A stretch of 32,000 nt of DNA, taken from Acaryochloris marina S15 (GTDB lineage Bacteria; Cyanobacteriota; Cyanobacteriia; Thermosynechococcales; Thermosynechococcaceae). Within the stretch, counting starts at the first letter, position 1. Each line of letters begins with the position of its first letter. The stretch spans positions 180,001 through 212,000 of the forward strand of contig NZ_CP064923.1 of NCBI RefSeq assembly GCF_018336915.1, written 5' to 3'. The notes under the pieces are model-generated. The model was given only the letters and a program-made list of their open reading frames with translations, was not told the DNA's origin and did no database searches. Made by a program: the position numbers and the translations under genes. This document shows positions 28,274 through 32,000 of this stretch, piece after piece.

Positions 28274-28551
28274 AAGTAATGGTGTATACGATTTTGTCTG
28301 CCGTCATCATGCCATAGACTGGACGGATCACAGGATGTTCCGCTTTCCACCATCTGCGGCGAGATATGCCTGCCGAGCATGAGATCAACCTTTTAAAAGG
28401 CCGGGATATGGCAACACGTTATTAGGCTGACTTTTACATCTTTTAAATACGAGCTAGCGATATAGGCTGCATAAACTCATCTGTTCAACCCTACTGAGTG
28501 AATGAAGGGATTTAGTTCTCTCGAAAACATTCCACAGGAAGGAACAACACC

Positions 28552-29097
28552 ATGCAACGTACTCCATCTCAATTGGCTCAGTTAGCAACCCAGCGACTAC
28601 TTGCTCTAGGAGCTTTAGTCACTCTCTCGGCAAGCAGCGTGGTGGCGGCACCCCTCCCAGCCCAAGATCAATGTCCTGATGGTTGGGAACTGTCTCCGAG
28701 TCCTGCAGTTGAATGCCAACCGGGCAGCTTTACCCAACAAGCCCCTAAACTGCGCCATTTTCGCAGAGCAGATTTGAAAGTTCGGCAGTATCGTTTCAGT
28801 CGCATGGGAACAAAACGCATCAAGATCCAGGTGGCAAATTTAGGGAGAAGGGCTGCACGGCCCACGGTCTTACGACTGACGGTTCGTCGAATTGATGGAA
28901 CACCAGTGGGGCGGATGATCCGAATCAAAGTGCCTGTAATTAAAGGCCAGCAAACCCAATGGGTAAGACTGAACACAGCCAAGATTTTGCCCAAAACAGT
29001 GGCTCTCAAAGACACGACATTTCGCATTGATGTGGACTCTACGAATTTTGTGAAGGAAGCCAACGAGACGAATAATACGACTTGGCACAATCTTTAA
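28552..29097 (+). CDS. Small secreted protein with a single CARDB-like domain
   Basis: 181-aa ORF with the signal peptide LLALGALVTLSASSVVAAP. CARDB-like features are ADLKV...IKIQVANLGRRAA near the domain start and VDSTNFVKEANETNNTTW at its end (the E-x-NE-x-NN signature). Confidence 0.65.
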   Translation: MQRTPSQLAQLATQRLLALGALVTLSASSVVAAPLPAQDQCPDGWELSPSPAVECQPGSFTQQAPKLRHFRRADLKVRQYRFSRMGTKRIKIQVANLGRRAARPTVLRLTVRRIDGTPVGRMIRIKVPVIKGQQTQWVRLNTAKILPKTVALKDTTFRIDVDSTNFVKEANETNNTTWHNL

Positions 29098-29110
29098 GGG
29101 GTGTGAAGAA

Positions 29111-29141
29111 GGAGAGAGCATCGATATCTATTGCTCTCTCC
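29111..29141 (+). terminator. Hairpin terminator candidate after the CARDB gene
   Basis: GGAGAGAGCA (29111-29120) pairs perfectly with TGCTCTCTCC (29132-29141), with an 11-nt loop, 14 nt after the stop codon. There is no strong T-run (AAGGGGCCTCTTATTTA follows). Confidence 0.45.
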
Positions 29142-29379
29142 AAGGGGCCTCTTATTTAACAGCCTTTCTATTCAGTGATGACTATCACGTCCCTTGGCTT
29201 CAACTATCACTGCTTATGCAGACCGGCATCACGGCTATCAGCATGATCAATGACTAATAATTTGGTCATTCAAGCTTTGATTTGTGGCAATGTGGTCTGA
29301 CTCAATTCGCCACTGAATCAAAAGAGTAAATCTTGAGCTTCAAACTTCTGTATTCCTTGTTGACGTTGAGAGGTCAATC

Positions 29380-29838
29380 ATGACTCATCCCCAAAACTTT
29401 GAGCAGAGCTCTCAGTTCGATCGCTATGGTGCTGGATCTACACCGAACCTGACGGTTGAGATTTCTAGTCGTCCGCTCTATCGCCAAATCCGTAGACAGC
29501 GATCGGGGATGACGCCCATGGACTCTATCGAGTTTGAAGGGACAGCATTAGATCATTTATCCCATGGCAACGTTGCTTGGTGGGTTGCGATCGCAAGTTG
29601 GTTTGTCTATGGCATACCCATGGGAATATTAGTTTTTCCCATTCTGGGGGAGCAAGTGCGGGCCATCGGTACCCATCTGATCAAACTCATTCATTCCCCT
29701 CTATCGGGTGCACTCTGGTTTCAATTCTTGACGCTAGTGTTTGCCATTTCCTTCACATTAATGGTGTGTCTTTGTACCCTGACGATTCTGGCTAAAGGAA
29801 CGATACGTAAACTTCAGCAGCATCGTCGAAGCCGCTAG
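29380..29838 (+). CDS. Hypothetical membrane protein (two predicted TM helices)
   Basis: 152-aa ORF with GAGAGG about 7 nt upstream of the ATG. A polar N-terminal half is followed by the hydrophobic segments VAWWVAIASWFVYGIPMGILVFPIL and LWFQFLTLVFAISFTLMVCLCTLTIL. I recognise no family. Confidence 0.5.
   Translation: MTHPQNFEQSSQFDRYGAGSTPNLTVEISSRPLYRQIRRQRSGMTPMDSIEFEGTALDHLSHGNVAWWVAIASWFVYGIPMGILVFPILGEQVRAIGTHLIKLIHSPLSGALWFQFLTLVFAISFTLMVCLCTLTILAKGTIRKLQQHRRSR
29587..29594. repeat. HIP1 octamer GCGATCGC
   Basis: Exact match read in the sequence, inside the 152-aa membrane-protein ORF. Confidence 0.95.
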
Positions 29839-29972
29839 ACCTATGGTTGATATGAGTTTTAAGGGACGGATCCATCCCCGGCTGTTCCGACTTTTCTTCT
29901 GCTAGAGACTCACAAGTTCCTCAACATTCATCCATAAGCTATTGGAAGAGGCTATGGAACAGGAGTCTGAGG

Positions 29973-30422
29973 ATGAGAACACAACAGTATCGTGGGGATT
30001 ATCGTCTGAAAATCATTGCTTTATGGACCGCATTTCTTTTAGGGATGCTTTTCCATACCCCATTGGCTTTAATGCCTTTGTTTCACGGTTTGAGTGTTGC
30101 CCACTCTCATACCCATGATTATTTACCCCTCAACACCCTCTTTGGGTTGATGTTAGGACTGTTTGGTATTGCCATGGCTGCCATCGTCACTACGGCCTTG
30201 GTGAATGGACAAAGATACAAAACGCTACATTTTGGCTTGACCTTGTTATACACCGCCATTAACGGCAGCCATCTGATCTTCGATGTCCTGGTAGGCGTTC
30301 CCAGCTATCTGCTTTGCCGGATGGGCTATCTGCTGATTATGGGTCTCCTGCTTAACGTTGTGGCTTTTCAATGGTTTGACTCAGAGTCGAATAAACAACC
30401 GGTCTTGAGGTCAGTCCATTGA
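29973..30422 (+). CDS. Hypothetical 4-TM membrane protein with a His-rich loop
   Basis: 149-aa ORF with AGGAG upstream of the ATG. It has four hydrophobic segments and the loop motif AHSHTHD (codons 43-49, 30099-30119). I recognise no family. Confidence 0.5.
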   Translation: MRTQQYRGDYRLKIIALWTAFLLGMLFHTPLALMPLFHGLSVAHSHTHDYLPLNTLFGLMLGLFGIAMAAIVTTALVNGQRYKTLHFGLTLLYTAINGSHLIFDVLVGVPSYLLCRMGYLLIMGLLLNVVAFQWFDSESNKQPVLRSVH

Positions 30423-30439
30423 CTGTTAAGACCGGTTTT
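30397..30439 (+). terminator. Rho-independent terminator candidate overlapping the end of the 149-aa ORF
   Basis: AACCGGTCTT (30397-30406) pairs perfectly with AAGACCGGTT (30428-30437). An inner CAGTC/GACTG pairing extends the stem, and the run ends in TTTT (30436-30439). Confidence 0.55.
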
Positions 30440-30468
30440 CCTGACCGTTCGATAGACGTCTCCCTGGT

Positions 30469-30476
30469 GCGATCGC
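30469..30476. repeat. HIP1 octamer GCGATCGC
   Basis: Exact match read in the sequence, in the intergenic region upstream of the response regulator. Confidence 0.95.
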
Positions 30477-30544
30477 AAAAATTTGCCCATAATTGGAGTG
30501 GCGATTCCTTCAGAGATTCAATCGGACCCAACGTCAGGAGGCCG

Positions 30545-32000
30545 ATGATGAAAATACTTGTTGTTGAGGATGATCAGGCCACGTCTGAAACCTTAACTAC
30601 ACTCCTCAACCAGTGCAGCTATGCGGTGGAAACTGCGACTGATGGTGAAACGGCTGCTGATCTGGTGGCTGCTTTTGAGTATGATTTACTCTTGCTCGAT
30701 GTCATGTTGCCGAAGATAGATGGCATCACCCTCTGTCGGCAGCTGCGCAATCAAGGCCATACCATGCCGATTTTGCTGCTGACGGGGAAGGGTGATAGCC
30801 ATGACAAGGCGGTCGGCCTAGATGCGGGTGCTGATGATTATGTGGTCAAACCCTTTGACCTGGAAGAATTAGAAGCTCGCATTCGGGCCTTACTGCGGCG
30901 GGGGCATCTCTATACAACACCTATCTTGGAATGGGGCCAGATCCAGCTCGATCCCAGTTCCACCCAGGTGAGCTACCGTCAGCAACTCCTAGCCCTTACC
31001 CCCAAAGAATATGCTCTTTTAGAATTGCTCATGCGTAACCCTCGGCGGGTCTATAGCTGCGGTATGTTGCTAGAACATCTATGGACCTATGAGGATATGC
31101 CAGGGGAAGAGGCCGTTAGAACTCATATTAAAGGTCTCCGCCACAAGCTGCGTGACGCCGATGCTCCCGCCGATATGATCACAACCGTCTATGGGATTGG
31201 CTATCGCCTCAAACCTTTAGCAGAATTAGAGAAGGAGGCACCGTCGTTTCAGGAAGAAAATCAAGCAGCCATTGCTAATATTTGGCAGCGGTATCAAGCC
31301 CGTATTAGTCGTCAGGTGCAGGTTTTGGAACAAGCCAGTGCCGCCTTCCAAACCCACCAAGGCCAGCTGAACCCTGAACAGCAGCAGCGGGCCGAACAAG
31401 AGGCCCATACTTTGGCTGGTGCCCTGGGGATGTTTGGCATTCATGCCGGTACTGACCTTGCCCGTCAGATTGAGCAGCTACTGCGGCTGCCTCAACCCCT
31501 AGGGATGGAGCATATCAAGCAATTCCAGGCTCAGGTAGAGACCCTCAGACAGACGATTGAGGCCTATGGACCTTTCACCCCCACTGATGTGAGCGAGTCG
31601 CTGCCTCCCCTCCCCTCCTTACTGGTGATTGATGCGGATCGAGACTGGATTAAGGATTTAACGGGGCAAGCTAGCCATTGGGACTGGACGGTGCGAGCCG
31701 TGATGGATTTAGACGCTGCCCAAACAGCACTGACCCAGGATCTGCCCCAGGTGATTTTGCTCGATCCAGCAGTGGCTGACCATAAAAATCAAACGATTGC
31801 TTTCCTAGAAAAGGTTACACATTTTACGCCTCCGATTCCGGTGCTCTTTTATGGATCTCCGAATGGATTGCACTCCCGTTTAGAAGTGGCTCGCCTCGGT
31901 GGCAAAGCTTATTTAGAAAAGCCCATTGTTCCCAAGCAGGTGTTGCATGAAGTTGATCGGGTCCTGCACCAGTCCCAAGCCATTACCGCCAAAGTAATGA
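30545..32000 (+). CDS. Hybrid response regulator: REC, OmpR-type winged helix, HPt, second REC-like domain, continuing past the window end (partial)
   Basis: It is absent from the ORF track because there is no stop in the window. Hand translation from ATG 30545, with AGGAGG upstream, gives 485 codons with no stop. REC1 is MMKILVVEDD...LLLLDVMLP...VVKP, with phospho-Asp codon 52 at 30698-30700. The OmpR wHTH is LTPKEYALLELLMRNPRRV...VRTHIKGLRHKL...TVYGIGYRL. The HPt signature is EAHTLAGALGMFG, with the His codon at 31406-31408. REC2 is LLVIDADRD...VILLDP...YLEKP. Confidence 0.85.
   Translation, partial: MMKILVVEDDQATSETLTTLLNQCSYAVETATDGETAADLVAAFEYDLLLLDVMLPKIDGITLCRQLRNQGHTMPILLLTGKGDSHDKAVGLDAGADDYVVKPFDLEELEARIRALLRRGHLYTTPILEWGQIQLDPSSTQVSYRQQLLALTPKEYALLELLMRNPRRVYSCGMLLEHLWTYEDMPGEEAVRTHIKGLRHKLRDADAPADMITTVYGIGYRLKPLAELEKEAPSFQEENQAAIANIWQRYQARISRQVQVLEQASAAFQTHQGQLNPEQQQRAEQEAHTLAGALGMFGIHAGTDLARQIEQLLRLPQPLGMEHIKQFQAQVETLRQTIEAYGPFTPTDVSESLPPLPSLLVIDADRDWIKDLTGQASHWDWTVRAVMDLDAAQTALTQDLPQVILLDPAVADHKNQTIAFLEKVTHFTPPIPVLFYGSPNGLHSRLEVARLGGKAYLEKPIVPKQVLHEVDRVLHQSQAITAKVM

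Noticed and set aside
28274-28551. Possible riboswitch or leader upstream of the SSS transporter (278-nt divergent spacer)
   Set aside because: I could not match any riboswitch core I know (glycine, glutamine, guanidine, Na+ or Li+ classes). Only short 4-5-bp hairpins are present.
28668-29121. 140-aa and 83-aa ORFs antisense to the CARDB gene
   Set aside because: The plus-strand product has a signal peptide and a recognisable CARDB C-terminal signature. The antisense products have no motifs and are best explained by the codon composition of the sense gene.
1-32000. Search for CRISPR arrays, transposases/IS ends, integrases, tRNA/rRNA genes, toxin-antitoxin pairs or defence cassettes
   Set aside because: I saw no regularly spaced direct repeats, no long terminal inverted repeats, no tRNA-like T-arm motifs and no recognisable mobile-element or defence proteins. 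The only dispersed repeat is HIP1.

Overview
This window looks like core chromosome of a beta-cyanobacterium. Evidence: 12 copies of the HIP1 octamer GCGATCGC, a CcaA-type carboxysomal carbonic anhydrase, a DUF2808 protein, and the cyanobacterial syntenies asd-dapA-rnj and tig-clpP-clpX. I cannot name the species. I call 23 protein genes. These include two truncated ones missing from the ORF track: a DUF938 methyltransferase at the left edge and a multidomain response regulator at the right edge. The content is mostly housekeeping: lysine/threonine precursor synthesis, RNase J, trigger factor/ClpXP, MutL and MutS2. It also includes signalling proteins, an amylosucrase-type GH13 enzyme, a ferritin-like protein, a Na+/solute symporter and a few small unknowns. 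I found no rRNA, tRNA, CRISPR array, transposase, integrase or recognisable defence cassette. Six genes appear to use GTG or TTG starts. I do not see a convincing novel multi-gene system. The most unusual items are all single-gene peculiarities or compositional observations of moderate interest: (1) a REC-wHTH-HPt-REC... hybrid response regulator, (2) a membrane-anchored NYN/OST-HTH protein tightly following mutL, (3) a roughly 100-aa acidic-then-Lys-rich tail on trigger factor, (4) a Gly-rich insertion in ClpP, and (5) complete absence of HIP1 from the first 11.6 kb. All domain calls come from by-eye motif recognition and hand translation, not from searches.
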